Shown: positions 41,407-50,737 of the stretch, piece after piece
How positions within the stretch are numbered: the first letter of the stretch is position 1
How the letters are laid out: every line of letters begins with the position of its first letter
NCBI GenBank assembly: GCA_963803435.1
Contig: CAWDML010000003.1
Coordinates: forward strand, 640,001 to 704,000
Reading direction: 5' to 3'
Length of the DNA stretch: 64,000 bases
Source of the DNA: an uncultured delta proteobacterium
GTDB lineage: Bacteria > Myxococcota > Kuafuiibacteriia > Kuafuiibacteriales > Kuafuiibacteriaceae
Made by a program: the position numbers and the translations under genes
Notes under the pieces: generated by a model
What the model saw: only the letters and a program-made list of their open reading frames with translations
Databases searched by the model: none
What the model was told of the DNA's origin: nothing

Positions 41407-42406
41407 CCGCTCACTCCCGTCAGCGGCAATCGCAGCGCGACCCGGGTGCGCTCGCCCTCCCGTCTGATCTCGAGCCGGGCGCGGGCTCCGTAGGCGAGGG
41501 CGAGCCGCTTCTTCTGCGTCGTCAATCCGTGGCCCTCGGGTCGTTCACCCGCGAATGGTCCCGGGTTGGTCAGCTCGATCGCCAGCTGATCGCCCACGAC
41601 CGCCGCGGTGAGCTCCACCCGTCCCCGGTGGCCTGCGCCTGGGCCGTGCTTCATCGCGTTCTCGGCCAGCGGGAGAAGGAGCATGGGAGGGATGTCCACG
41701 CTCGGAAGATCGCGCGGGATCGAGAGAGAGGTCTCGAAGCGATCGGGATCGCGGATCCGGTGGAGCGCGAACAGAGCTTCGACCAACTCGAGGTCGCGGA
41801 GCAGCGGCCACGAGGCCCGCTCGACGCCGGCGAGGATCTCACGAAGGATCGACGACAGCTGCAGGATCGCGCGCTCGGCGACCTCCGGATCCTCACGGCA
41901 CCATTCCGCGATGGCGTTGAGGGTATTGAAGAGGAAGTGCGGATCGAGGTGGTTCTTCAGCGAGACGAGCTGCGCGTCCTCGGCGCGGCGGCGCTCCAGG
42001 CGCCATCGCTCCTCCAGCTCGATGTCGCGCGCCAGGCCGAAGCCGCCCACCCAGAACAGGCAGCTCACGACCAGGTTGTTGACGCCGTTGGCGAGGAAGG
42101 TGGTGCCGATCCCGAGCCGATGCGGGATGACGTACGCGATCAGCGGGCTGACCCCGCCGAGCGCCACGTAGGTGAGGAGGCGCAGCGCACTGGGCGTTGC
42201 GCCGGCGGGGAAGAGACGGCGAAACGCATACGGCGCGACCAGCAGGAAGAACGCGATCACCGCGAGCGCCACGGATACCGATTCGATCGCCGGCTGATCG
42301 CTGAAGCGATGCTGGGCGACGATCATCGGTAGGGCGATCACGGCGATGGGGACGAGACGGCGGGGCGCGAGCAGCGCGTCGATGGTGTGAACGAAGAGAC
42401 CAGCAT
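41403..42406 (-). CDS. LytS-like sensor histidine kinase; start uncertain
   Basis: TM segments, LKNHLDPHFLFNTLN, PLAENAMKHG, GHGL. No in-frame start just before the first TM; ATG 42406 would need an indel near 42395. Confidence 0.8.
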
Positions 42407-43213
42407 GCGGTCGAGGCCCCGATCCGGGATCGAGCCGATCAACGAGCGAAGCCGGGCGAGGCAGGGGAGGCGGCACGGGATCGACTCCTCCTCGTCGTCC
42501 GGCTCGTGGGTGCGCACGATCGGCGGACGCCGGGGTGTGAGCTGCTGGAGCCGGCGGGCCAGATCGTTGAGCGAGATTGGACACGTGCCTCCCACGTTGA
42601 CGGCGCGCCCGTGGGCGGCCGTCGTCCCCATCAAACGCACGAGGATACGGGCTGCATCCTCTACGAACAGGAAGGCGCGCTCCTGGCCGCCGGTCCCAAA
42701 GACGCGCAGCGGGCGGTTCTTTTGGGCGGCCGCGAGCAGGCGGCCGAACGGCCGGTGTCGGGGTGCGCACGGACCGGCCAGATCGAACAGACGCGCGATC
42801 ACCACGCGGATGCCCCGGTCGAGGGCGGCCCGCTCCACGAACAGCTTGGTGAGGACGAACGGCGAAGCGGTCGGCGGGAGCACCAGGGGATCGGTCTCAC
42901 GAGCGACGCCGCAGACGGTCCGACCGTAGACCTCGGCGGCCGAGGCGATCAGGAGCGGACGGTCGAGGGCCGCACACGCATCGAGGAGCGGCTCCGTGAA
43001 CGCGAGGTCAGCGAACGCGCGCGAGGCCGGGGCGCGCGGGTCGGAGGTGCCCGCCAGGTGAATGACCCGGTCCGCCGCCCGGATGCGCCCGAACAGCCGA
43101 TCGGGATCGAGCTCCGGCCCGGCGGTGAGGATCCTGTCGCCGTCGGCGATCAACGCCCGCACGAGATGAGCGCCGAGGAATCCGGTCGCGCCGGTGACCA
43201 GCGTTCTCATCAC
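42338..43213 (-). CDS. NAD-dependent epimerase/dehydratase (extended SDR), degenerate
   Basis: LVTGATGFLG, IHLAG, SAAEVYG, GTGGQERAFLFVED; YxxxK reads FVLTK. Confidence 0.75.
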   Translation of the reverse strand: MMRTLVTGATGFLGAHLVRALIADGDRILTAGPELDPDRLFGRIRAADRVIHLAGTSDPRAPASRAFADLAFTEPLLDACAALDRPLLIASAAEVYGRTVCGVARETDPLVLPPTASPFVLTKLFVERAALDRGIRVVIARLFDLAGPCAPRHRPFGRLLAAAQKNRPLRVFGTGGQERAFLFVEDAARILVRLMGTTAAHGRAVNVGGTCPISLNDLARRLQQLTPRRPPIVRTHEPDDEEESIPCRLPCLARLRSLIGSIPDRGLDRMLVSSFTPSTRCSRPAVSSPSP

Positions 43214-43214
43214 C

Positions 43215-43940
43215 TCACCTCACCGCCGGCGCGCGGCGAGCCGCCGGGAGCACGCGATCGCGTACGCTCGACAGCAGCTCGGTGAAGTTGACGTACGCGG
43301 TTCGAACCGGGATCCCGAGCGCACGAAGAGTCGCCCGATGATCGAGCAACACGGTCAAACACGCCGCCGTCCCCACCGCCGCCCATGCGACCCGAAACAG
43401 CCATCCTCGCAGCACCGACGTGGCCTCGGTCCTGAAGAAGTCGACGTGAAAGTCGAGGTGGTCCCGCTCGTCCCGCGCGATCTCCTCCAGGGCCCGCCCG
43501 ATCTCGCCCCCGAGCGCCCCGGCGATCAGCCCATAAAACGTGATCCCGATGACCTCCGCCGCCAGCAGGACCAACAGCTTGAGCCGCACCCCCGCCAGCC
43601 GCCGCCCCCAAACGAACAATCGGTCCGTCCAGGTCGCCGCCAAGATCTCCCCGTCCAGCGCCCGCACCGCGCCCGCCAAGATGCGCGCATGCCGCCCCTC
43701 CTCGGCGATGAAGAGTCGGAGCGCCCGCCGATACGTATCGTCGATCCCCTGGAGCTCCACCCGGTCGATCTCCTTCGCGATCCGACCCTCCCCTGCCTCC
43801 CCCCGCTGAAACACCGCCAGCGACCGCGCCACCCTCACCCGCACCTCCGAGTCGACCTCGACCCGACCGACCTCAGGCAACGGCCGCGCCGCCGTCCGTT
43901 CGAAGTGGGCGAGCCATCCGGCCCATGAAGAGCGCTGCAT
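43215..43940 (-). CDS. Ferritin-like (di-iron carboxylate) domain protein
   Basis: FQRGE, EEGRH, AAEVIG, DERDH give the E..ExxH..E..ExxH pattern; hydrophobic C-terminal helix. Confidence 0.75.
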   Translation of the reverse strand: MQRSSWAGWLAHFERTAARPLPEVGRVEVDSEVRVRVARSLAVFQRGEAGEGRIAKEIDRVELQGIDDTYRRALRLFIAEEGRHARILAGAVRALDGEILAATWTDRLFVWGRRLAGVRLKLLVLLAAEVIGITFYGLIAGALGGEIGRALEEIARDERDHLDFHVDFFRTEATSVLRGWLFRVAWAAVGTAACLTVLLDHRATLRALGIPVRTAYVNFTELLSSVRDRVLPAARRAPAVR

Positions 43941-43987
43941 CGTGCATAGGAAACCGCGAGAGACCGGCGGGTGAGCCCGGGATCGGG

Positions 43988-44017
43988 GCGAACGGTCGGT
44001 TCGTGGCAGTGAGCGGT
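43988..44017 (-). promoter_or_regulatory. LytTR-type binding site
   Basis: Minus strand ACCGCTCAC-N12-ACCGTTCGC, 47 bp upstream of the ferritin-like gene. Confidence 0.7.
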
Positions 44018-44063
44018 TGCGGGGCCTGGTCGGCGGCTTCGGAGCGTCGATGGGTCGCGGACG

Positions 44064-44909
44064 CTACGCGCCTCGGTACGAGCGGGACTCGCGCAGCTTC
44101 GCGGTCGGGTCGAGGTCATAGACGGCGAGCTCGGGGGTGGCGCTGTCGCCGCCGCGGAGGCCTTCGAGGGAGTGGCCGATGCCGGCGCTGACGTAGAGGT
44201 CCGACTGGGCGATGCGATACCAGCCGTGGAAGTAGCCGTTGAAGAGGCGGGAGACGGCTTCGGTCAGGACGGGGACGACGATCTGGCCGCCGTGGGTGTG
44301 GCCGGAGAGGATCAGGCGGCCGCCCTTCTCGGCGATGAGGTCGGCGGTGGCGGGGAAGTGGTTGAGGATGACGGACTCCTCGGGGCGTTGGACGCTGGAG
44401 AAGGCGCGGTCGACGTCGGCGTGCTTGGTGGTGCCGTCGTCGACGCCGACGACGTCGAGCGTGAAGCCGATGCCGTCGATGCCGCTGTTGCTGTTGGACA
44501 GGACCTCGGCGCCGCCCGCGATCAGCGCGGCGGAGACCTCGGGGGCGCCGGACCAGTGATCGTGATTTCCGAGGGTCGCGATGACCGGGCGAGGGAGGGC
44601 GGCGACATAGCGGCGTACGCGATCGACATGCTTGGTCGAGCGGTTGACGTAGTCCCCGGTGAGGGCGACCAGGTCGGGCTCGACGGCGTGGGCGATCTCG
44701 ATCGTACGCTGGAGAAAGCGCTGCGGCGTGGTGGCGCCCATGTGGATGTCGGTGATGTGGAGGATCCGGAGCTTTCGCGGCCCGAGCCAGGGCACGCGGT
44801 GGCGCGTGATGCGAAGGCGCATGCGGTCGGCGCGGGCCGAACGCGAGACGGCGACCACGCCCGCGAACGCGCCGGCGGCCAGGAGGGATCGTCGAGAGAG
44901 GGGAGGCAT
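44064..44909 (-). CDS. Metallophosphoesterase (YkuE-like) with a Tat signal
   Basis: SRRSLL Tat motif, DIH, GDYVN, GNHD, HTHGGQ. Confidence 0.88.
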   Translation of the reverse strand: MPPLSRRSLLAAGAFAGVVAVSRSARADRMRLRITRHRVPWLGPRKLRILHITDIHMGATTPQRFLQRTIEIAHAVEPDLVALTGDYVNRSTKHVDRVRRYVAALPRPVIATLGNHDHWSGAPEVSAALIAGGAEVLSNSNSGIDGIGFTLDVVGVDDGTTKHADVDRAFSSVQRPEESVILNHFPATADLIAEKGGRLILSGHTHGGQIVVPVLTEAVSRLFNGYFHGWYRIAQSDLYVSAGIGHSLEGLRGGDSATPELAVYDLDPTAKLRESRSYRGA

Positions 44910-45017
44910 CGGGAGGGAATCATAGCCGGTTCAGGCGGTCGTTTTCGCGTGATCCTGGTCTCAAAACGCTCGCGCTGCTCAAATGAGAGACGCGAAGGTC
45001 TTGCAGCCTACGATCCT

Positions 45018-45034
45018 TTTACAATCCATTGACC
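45018..45034 (+). promoter_or_regulatory. Possible OmpR/PhoB-type direct repeat
   Basis: TTTACA-N5-TTGACC (11-bp period) upstream of the VWA-HK-RR operon. Confidence 0.3.
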
Positions 45035-45092
45035 GCGCCCAGACCACTCGCGCGGTCGCGAACGGTAGCGTCCACGGCGAAAGGGGATCTCG

Positions 45093-46412
45093 ATGAACCA
45101 ACCCAAGTTCCTGGTCCTGTCGCTGCTGCTCGTGACCTGGTCGGCCTCCGAGGCGCGGGCGGAGCAGGTCGTGCTCGACGTCTCGCTCGGAAAGCCGGTG
45201 GTCCTGGCCGACAAGCCGCAGGTCGCGTACCTGAAGATCGGCCTCACCGGGAAGGAGCTCGCACAGGGCAGGGGCCGCGCGCCCATCAACCTCTCGATCG
45301 TCCTCGATCGATCCAGCTCGATGAACGGAGAGAAGATCGAGAAGGCGAAGGAGGCGGCGATGATGGTGCTCGATCGCCTCTCGAGCGAGGACATCGTCTC
45401 GATCGTCACGTACGACAGCGAGGTCGAGGTGCTCGTCCCGGCCACCAAGGTCAGCGACGTCGAAGCGCTCAAGGCGCGCGTTCGAGCGATCCAGCCCCGC
45501 GGGTCGACCGCGCTGTTCGCCGGCGTCAGCAAGGGCATCCACGAGCTCCGCAAGTTCCTCGATCGGACCCGCGTCAACCGCGTGATCCTCATGTCGGACG
45601 GCCAGGCAAACGTGGGGCCGAGCTCGCCGAACGAGCTGGGGCGGCTGGGGGCGGCTGCGGCCAAGGAGGGGATCTCGGTCAGCACGATCGGTCTCGGTCT
45701 CGGCTACAACGAGGATCTCATGGTCCAGCTGGCGCAGAGCAGCGACGGCAACCATGGCTTCGCGGCGACCGCGGAGGAGCTCACCCAGATCTTCAACTAC
45801 GAGCTCGGCGACGTCCTGTCCGTGGTGGCGCAAGAGGTGAGCGTGAAGGTCCGGGTGCCCGACGGCGTGAAGCCGCTCCGCGTCCTCAACCGCATCGGTG
45901 AGATCCACGGCCAGGAGGTGGTGCTCTCGATGAATCAGCTCTATCAGAAGCAGGAGAAGTACGTGCTGCTCGAGGTCGAGCTCCCGGCCGGTGCCGAAGG
46001 GACCGCGAAGACCGTCGCCAACGTCGACGTCAGCTACGCCAACATGGACAACGGAGAGACCGAGCGTATCCATGGGACCGCGGGTGTCAGCTACAGCCGC
46101 CGTGAGAGCGAGGTGGCTGCGAAGGAGAACCGCGCCGTCATGATCGCCGCCATCGAGGCGCTGGCGGTGGAGCGCAACAAGGGCGCGCTCGCGCTCCGCG
46201 ATCAGGGCCAGGTCCAGCAGGCCCAGAAGGCGCTGCTCGACAACGCCAGCTTCCTCGAAGAGAACGCCCGTCGCTACAAGTCGCCCCGGCTCAACGACTA
46301 CAGCCAGGGCAACCGCGAGGACGCACACAACCTCAAGCAAGAGGACTGGAACAAGCAGCGCAAGCTGATGAAGAAGCGGGCGTACGAGCTCGACAACCAG
46401 CAGTCCTACTGA
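45093..46412 (+). CDS. Secreted VWA domain protein
   Basis: Signal peptide; MIDAS DRSSSM, GSTAL, MSDGQANVG, GLGYNEDLM. Confidence 0.88.
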   Translation: MNQPKFLVLSLLLVTWSASEARAEQVVLDVSLGKPVVLADKPQVAYLKIGLTGKELAQGRGRAPINLSIVLDRSSSMNGEKIEKAKEAAMMVLDRLSSEDIVSIVTYDSEVEVLVPATKVSDVEALKARVRAIQPRGSTALFAGVSKGIHELRKFLDRTRVNRVILMSDGQANVGPSSPNELGRLGAAAAKEGISVSTIGLGLGYNEDLMVQLAQSSDGNHGFAATAEELTQIFNYELGDVLSVVAQEVSVKVRVPDGVKPLRVLNRIGEIHGQEVVLSMNQLYQKQEKYVLLEVELPAGAEGTAKTVANVDVSYANMDNGETERIHGTAGVSYSRRESEVAAKENRAVMIAAIEALAVERNKGALALRDQGQVQQAQKALLDNASFLEENARRYKSPRLNDYSQGNREDAHNLKQEDWNKQRKLMKKRAYELDNQQSY

Positions 46413-48025
46413 TGCGGCGCCGCCTGATCGTCCTCCTCCTCTCGCTGGTGGTCCTCCCGCTGGCGGCGCTCGCGTACCTCGGGGAGAAGGCTTCTCACGA
46501 CCGTCAGGCGGTGGCCGCCAGCCAGTTCCGCTCGCTCCTCGACGATCGCCTGCGCAACCTGGCTGCCTCGATCGCCGCGGAGACCGTGCACGTCGAGGGC
46601 GAGCTGTCGGCCGCGCTGAGCTCGGCGGAGATCTCCGCGCCCGCGCTGCGCGAGCGCTTGCGACACACGCCGCTCGCGTCGCAGCTATTCCTCCTGGATC
46701 CCGACGGCGCGCTCCTGTTCCCGCCGAACGACGCGACGCGAAGTGAGGAGGAGTCCGAGTTCCTCCGCCGCACCGCGCCGATCTGGACCCGGGAGGCGAT
46801 CCTCTACGCTCCGCCGCGCCCGGAGCGCGCGAATACGACCACCGGGACCCCGGCGCACGCCAAGGGTCACGGAGACAGCGTGATCGATCTGGCGGCACGG
46901 GCACCGCGCGGTTGGATCCCGTGGCACTGGCGCGAGGGCGTGCGCTTCCTGTTCTGGCAGCGGCTTCCGGACGGCAAGGTGATCGGCGTCGAGGTCGAGC
47001 GTGTGGTCTTGCTCTCTCGGATCGTGGGAGCGCTGCCCGCGGAGGAGCTCGAAGAGGGCCGCATCCTGCTCGCAGACTCCCGCGGCGATGCGGTATCGCA
47101 GTGGGGCCGCTACGAGCCGGTCGCAGCCGCGGAGCCGGCCGCCACGGTCCCGCTCGCTCATCCGCTCGACGCGTGGCGACTCGAGTACTTCGCGTCGCCT
47201 GCGCAGCGCTCCGCGTTCCTCGAGCTCGACGGGGGGCCAGGAGCGCTCTACGGCTTCTCGGCGCTGGCGCTGGCGCTCCTGCTGCTCGGCGTCTATCTCT
47301 ACCGCGAGCTCTCGCGGGATCTCCGGGAGGCTTCCCAGCGGGTGACGTTCGTGACTCAGGTCTCGCACGAGCTGAAGACACCGCTCGCCAACATCCGCCT
47401 CTACGCGGAGCTGCTGGAGAGCGAGCTCGCGGAGGACGAAGCCGTCGCCAGTGGAGTCGCGGACCGCCTCGCGGTCATCGTGTCGGAGAGCGAGCGGCTG
47501 ACGAGACTGATCGATAACATCCTCACCTTCTCCAAGCACCGGCGCGGTCAGCTCCGGTTGGAGCCCAGGCCGTTCGCGCTGGACGAGCTGGTGCGACGCG
47601 TGCTCGCGCACTTCGCGCCCGCATTCGCCAGCAAGGCGATCGAGGCCTCTTTCTCGGGCGCGGCGCCGCGGCGGGTGCTGGCGGACCCGGACGCGGTCGA
47701 GCAGATCTTTGCCAACCTGTTGAGCAACGTGGAGAAGTACGCGGCCACCGGGCGCCGTGTCGAGGTGGCGACCGCACAGGCGAACGGCGTCGCGCGGCTG
47801 ATCGTGGCCGACGTCGGGCCTGGCGTTCCGCGCGAGCATCGGGAGCGGATCTTCGATGCGTTCCACCGCGTGAGTGACCGGCTCACGGACGGCGTCACCG
47901 GCACTGGGATCGGTCTGGCCATCGCGCGCGAGCTGGCTCGCTCGTCGGGCGGTGATCTGGTGCTGGCGGAGTCGGAGCGGGGCGCGCGCTTCGAGCTGAC
48001 GCTTCCGGTCATGGAGGGGGAATGA
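46412..48025 (+). CDS. Sensor histidine kinase
   Basis: Two TM helices, SHELKTPL, NLLSNVEKY, DVGPG, GTGIGL. Confidence 0.92.
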   Translation: MRRRLIVLLLSLVVLPLAALAYLGEKASHDRQAVAASQFRSLLDDRLRNLAASIAAETVHVEGELSAALSSAEISAPALRERLRHTPLASQLFLLDPDGALLFPPNDATRSEEESEFLRRTAPIWTREAILYAPPRPERANTTTGTPAHAKGHGDSVIDLAARAPRGWIPWHWREGVRFLFWQRLPDGKVIGVEVERVVLLSRIVGALPAEELEEGRILLADSRGDAVSQWGRYEPVAAAEPAATVPLAHPLDAWRLEYFASPAQRSAFLELDGGPGALYGFSALALALLLLGVYLYRELSRDLREASQRVTFVTQVSHELKTPLANIRLYAELLESELAEDEAVASGVADRLAVIVSESERLTRLIDNILTFSKHRRGQLRLEPRPFALDELVRRVLAHFAPAFASKAIEASFSGAAPRRVLADPDAVEQIFANLLSNVEKYAATGRRVEVATAQANGVARLIVADVGPGVPREHRERIFDAFHRVSDRLTDGVTGTGIGLAIARELARSSGGDLVLAESERGARFELTLPVMEGE

Positions 48026-48705
48026 AGGTCCTGATTGCCGAAGACGATCCACACATGCGTCGGGGCGTCATCGAGATCCTCGAAGGCGAAGGCTATCGAG
48101 TCGTCGCCGCTTCCGACGGTGAGGAAGCGATCGCGCGGTGGAAGGAGGAGAAGCCGGACTTCGTCTGCCTCGACATCATGATGCCGAAGGTGAACGGCTA
48201 TGACGTTTGCCGTCAGATCCGCGGCGTCGATCGAAGCATCCCGATCCTGCTGCTCTCCGCGAAGTCGGAGGAGATCGACAAGGTCCTCGGCCTCGAGCTG
48301 GGCGCGGACGACTACGTGATGAAGCCGTTCGGGATGAAGGAGCTGATCGCGCGCGTTCGGGCGATCAGCCGGCGCTGCTTTCGGGCGCAGCGAACCACCG
48401 CGGCGGTGAGTTTCGAGATCGGGGGCTGGTCGGTGAGCCCCGACGAGCTCCGGGCGCGCAGGGACGCGGACACGATCGAGCTGAGCTTGCGTGAGGTCCA
48501 GCTCCTAAGGGCCTTCTTTGAGAACCCGGGCGTGGTCTTGGATCGGGACCGCCTGTTTCGCGACTGCTGGGACGGCGCCGTCTATCCCAACAGCCGGACG
48601 CTCGATCAGCACATCTCCAAGCTTCGCAAGAAGATCGAGCACGACCCCAAGTCTCCGCGCATCATCCAGACGATCCACGGCGCCGGCTACAGGTACGACT
48701 CCTGA
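48022..48705 (+). CDS. OmpR-family response regulator
   Basis: AEDD, LDIMMP, GADDYVMKPF, RTLDQHISKLRKK, GAGY. Confidence 0.93.
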   Translation: MKVLIAEDDPHMRRGVIEILEGEGYRVVAASDGEEAIARWKEEKPDFVCLDIMMPKVNGYDVCRQIRGVDRSIPILLLSAKSEEIDKVLGLELGADDYVMKPFGMKELIARVRAISRRCFRAQRTTAAVSFEIGGWSVSPDELRARRDADTIELSLREVQLLRAFFENPGVVLDRDRLFRDCWDGAVYPNSRTLDQHISKLRKKIEHDPKSPRIIQTIHGAGYRYDS

Positions 48706-48805
48706 CTCCTGTACTCCGGGGCAGCTGTGGCTTCTCTCCACCTGAGCTACCATCCGGCGCGTGGTTCTGGCAGCAACGCACTGGGAAAAGGCAGATCTGA
48801 AGGCC

Positions 48806-49486
48806 ATGCATCTCTTGGTGGTCGATGATGATCCGATTGCACAGCGATCCGTGGCGCGTGTGCTCGAAGCATGTGGCGCGGTGGTGGTGACCGCGGACTC
48901 CGTCGAGGCCGCCGTCCAGATCATCACCGGGACGCGGCCCTTCGACGCGGCGATCGTCGATTTTCAGCTGGTCGATCAGACCGGCCTCACGATCATCTCG
49001 CGCTTGCGCTCCGGTGATCGTCCGTGCTGCGCCCTGATGATCACGGGCGACATCGATCAGGATCGCGGCGTTCAGGCGATCGCGGCGGGCGCCGATGACT
49101 TTCTGATCAAACCGTTCGTCGCCGAGGAGCTGATCGGTGCCGTGGTCAAGACCGTGCGTCAGACGCGACGGTGGCGCTCGAGGTTGAACGGTCGCCCGAG
49201 CGCGGCGAACGTCGGCACGACCGATCCGCTCGGGCTCCCGCAGTACGACGCCTGCGTCGAGGAGTTGGTCCGGCTCGGGAACCTCTCGAGCCGAGAGCGT
49301 CAAGTCCTCGAGCAGGTGTTACTCGGCAAGACGAATCGCGAGGCCGGCAAGTCGGTGGGGCTCACCGAGCGCACCGTGAAGTACCACATGGCGGGGATCC
49401 TCCGGAAGTTCGGTGTCGGCTCGCGGAACGAGCTGATGCGCCTTCTCTTCCATCGGCAACACGATGGCGTCGTTGCACCGAACTGA
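48806..49486 (+). CDS. Response regulator with a LuxR-type HTH
   Basis: LVVDDD, IVDFQL, GADDFLIKP; LSSRERQVL..GKTNRE....GLTERTVKYH. Confidence 0.88.
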   Translation: MHLLVVDDDPIAQRSVARVLEACGAVVVTADSVEAAVQIITGTRPFDAAIVDFQLVDQTGLTIISRLRSGDRPCCALMITGDIDQDRGVQAIAAGADDFLIKPFVAEELIGAVVKTVRQTRRWRSRLNGRPSAANVGTTDPLGLPQYDACVEELVRLGNLSSRERQVLEQVLLGKTNREAGKSVGLTERTVKYHMAGILRKFGVGSRNELMRLLFHRQHDGVVAPN

Positions 49487-49501
49487 GCTATTCTCGCCGG
49501 A

Positions 49502-50737
49502 GTGAAGGGCGCTGCTCAGCGCATCCTCTGGCTGACGGGAGTCGGGCACGCGTCCGCACACGCGTGGGAGCTGATCTTTCCCGCCGTCGCCGTACCGATG
49601 GCGCGCGATCTCGGACTGCCGTTCGAGGAGATCGTCTCGCTCTCGTTCGTCCTCTATCTCCTGTATGGACTCGGTGCGCCGCTCGCCGGCTGGGCCACCG
49701 ATCATCTGGGGGCGCGCCGCGTCCTGGTGCTGTGCCTGCTGGGCGGAGGCGTCTCAGGCGCCCTCGTCGCATTCGCGCCCTCGATCCTGGTCGCGCGGTT
49801 CGCGCTGGGCGGGCTGGGCCTGGCGGCCTCGCTCTACCACCCCGCTGGGCTCACGCTCCTGTCGCATCATTTCGAGAAGAAGGTCGGCCGCGCTTTCGCG
49901 CTCAACGGGATGGCGGGCAACGTCGGTATCGGCTTGACGCCGTTTCTCGCCGGTCTGACGGCGTCGCTCGTCGGGTGGCGCTACGCCTTCCTGCTCCTGA
50001 GTCTGCCCGGTCTGGTGTTCGGCGCGATCTTTCTATTCGTCGCCGTGCCCGACGGGGTGCCGGTGTTCGAGCCGCGCCGACCGGAGGAGGCATCGCCCTC
50101 CGCGGTCGACTGGCGAGCGATCGTGTTGTTCGCGATCGCCGTGACCGCCGGCGGCCTCGCCTATCGGCTCCACACGCTGGTGATGCCGGCCCTGATTCAG
50201 GAGCGGATACCGATGCTGGCCAACCTGAAGGGCCTCCTCCCGGGTCTGACAAATTCCGACAACCTGGCGGCCACCGCGCTCACCAGCGTGGCCTACGGCT
50301 TCGGTATTTTTGGGCAGTGGGCCGGAGGAAGGATCGCCGATCGGCATCCGCTCCCGGCCTCGTATTTCTCATTCCACATGATCGCGGCCCCCGTCCTTGG
50401 GATTGCGGCGATCAGCAGCGGCGTTCCGCTCCTCCTGGCGCTGTTCATCTTCATGTTTTTCTCGATCGGAATGCAGCCCATCGAGAACAGCCTGATCGCG
50501 GCTCTCTCGCCGCCGGCATGGCGGGGTCGAGGCTTCGCGGCGAAGTTCGTCTTGTCGTTCGGCGTCGGCGCGATGGGAACGTACGTGGTCGGCTGGGTTC
50601 ATCCCTTCGGCGGTTTGGGCGCTTCCTTGGTGGCGGCGACGGGGCTCGAGCTGGTGTTGTTGATCGCGGTGGGAGGGATCTGGGCACTCGATCGCTTGAC
50701 CATCCGCCCGCCTCCGGCTTCCGCTTCGAGCGGATGA
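49502..50737 (+). CDS. MFS transporter
   Basis: Many hydrophobic segments, GWATDHLGARR motif A, YHPAG, GGRIADR. Confidence 0.88.
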   Translation: MKGAAQRILWLTGVGHASAHAWELIFPAVAVPMARDLGLPFEEIVSLSFVLYLLYGLGAPLAGWATDHLGARRVLVLCLLGGGVSGALVAFAPSILVARFALGGLGLAASLYHPAGLTLLSHHFEKKVGRAFALNGMAGNVGIGLTPFLAGLTASLVGWRYAFLLLSLPGLVFGAIFLFVAVPDGVPVFEPRRPEEASPSAVDWRAIVLFAIAVTAGGLAYRLHTLVMPALIQERIPMLANLKGLLPGLTNSDNLAATALTSVAYGFGIFGQWAGGRIADRHPLPASYFSFHMIAAPVLGIAAISSGVPLLLALFIFMFFSIGMQPIENSLIAALSPPAWRGRGFAAKFVLSFGVGAMGTYVVGWVHPFGGLGASLVAATGLELVLLIAVGGIWALDRLTIRPPPASASSG

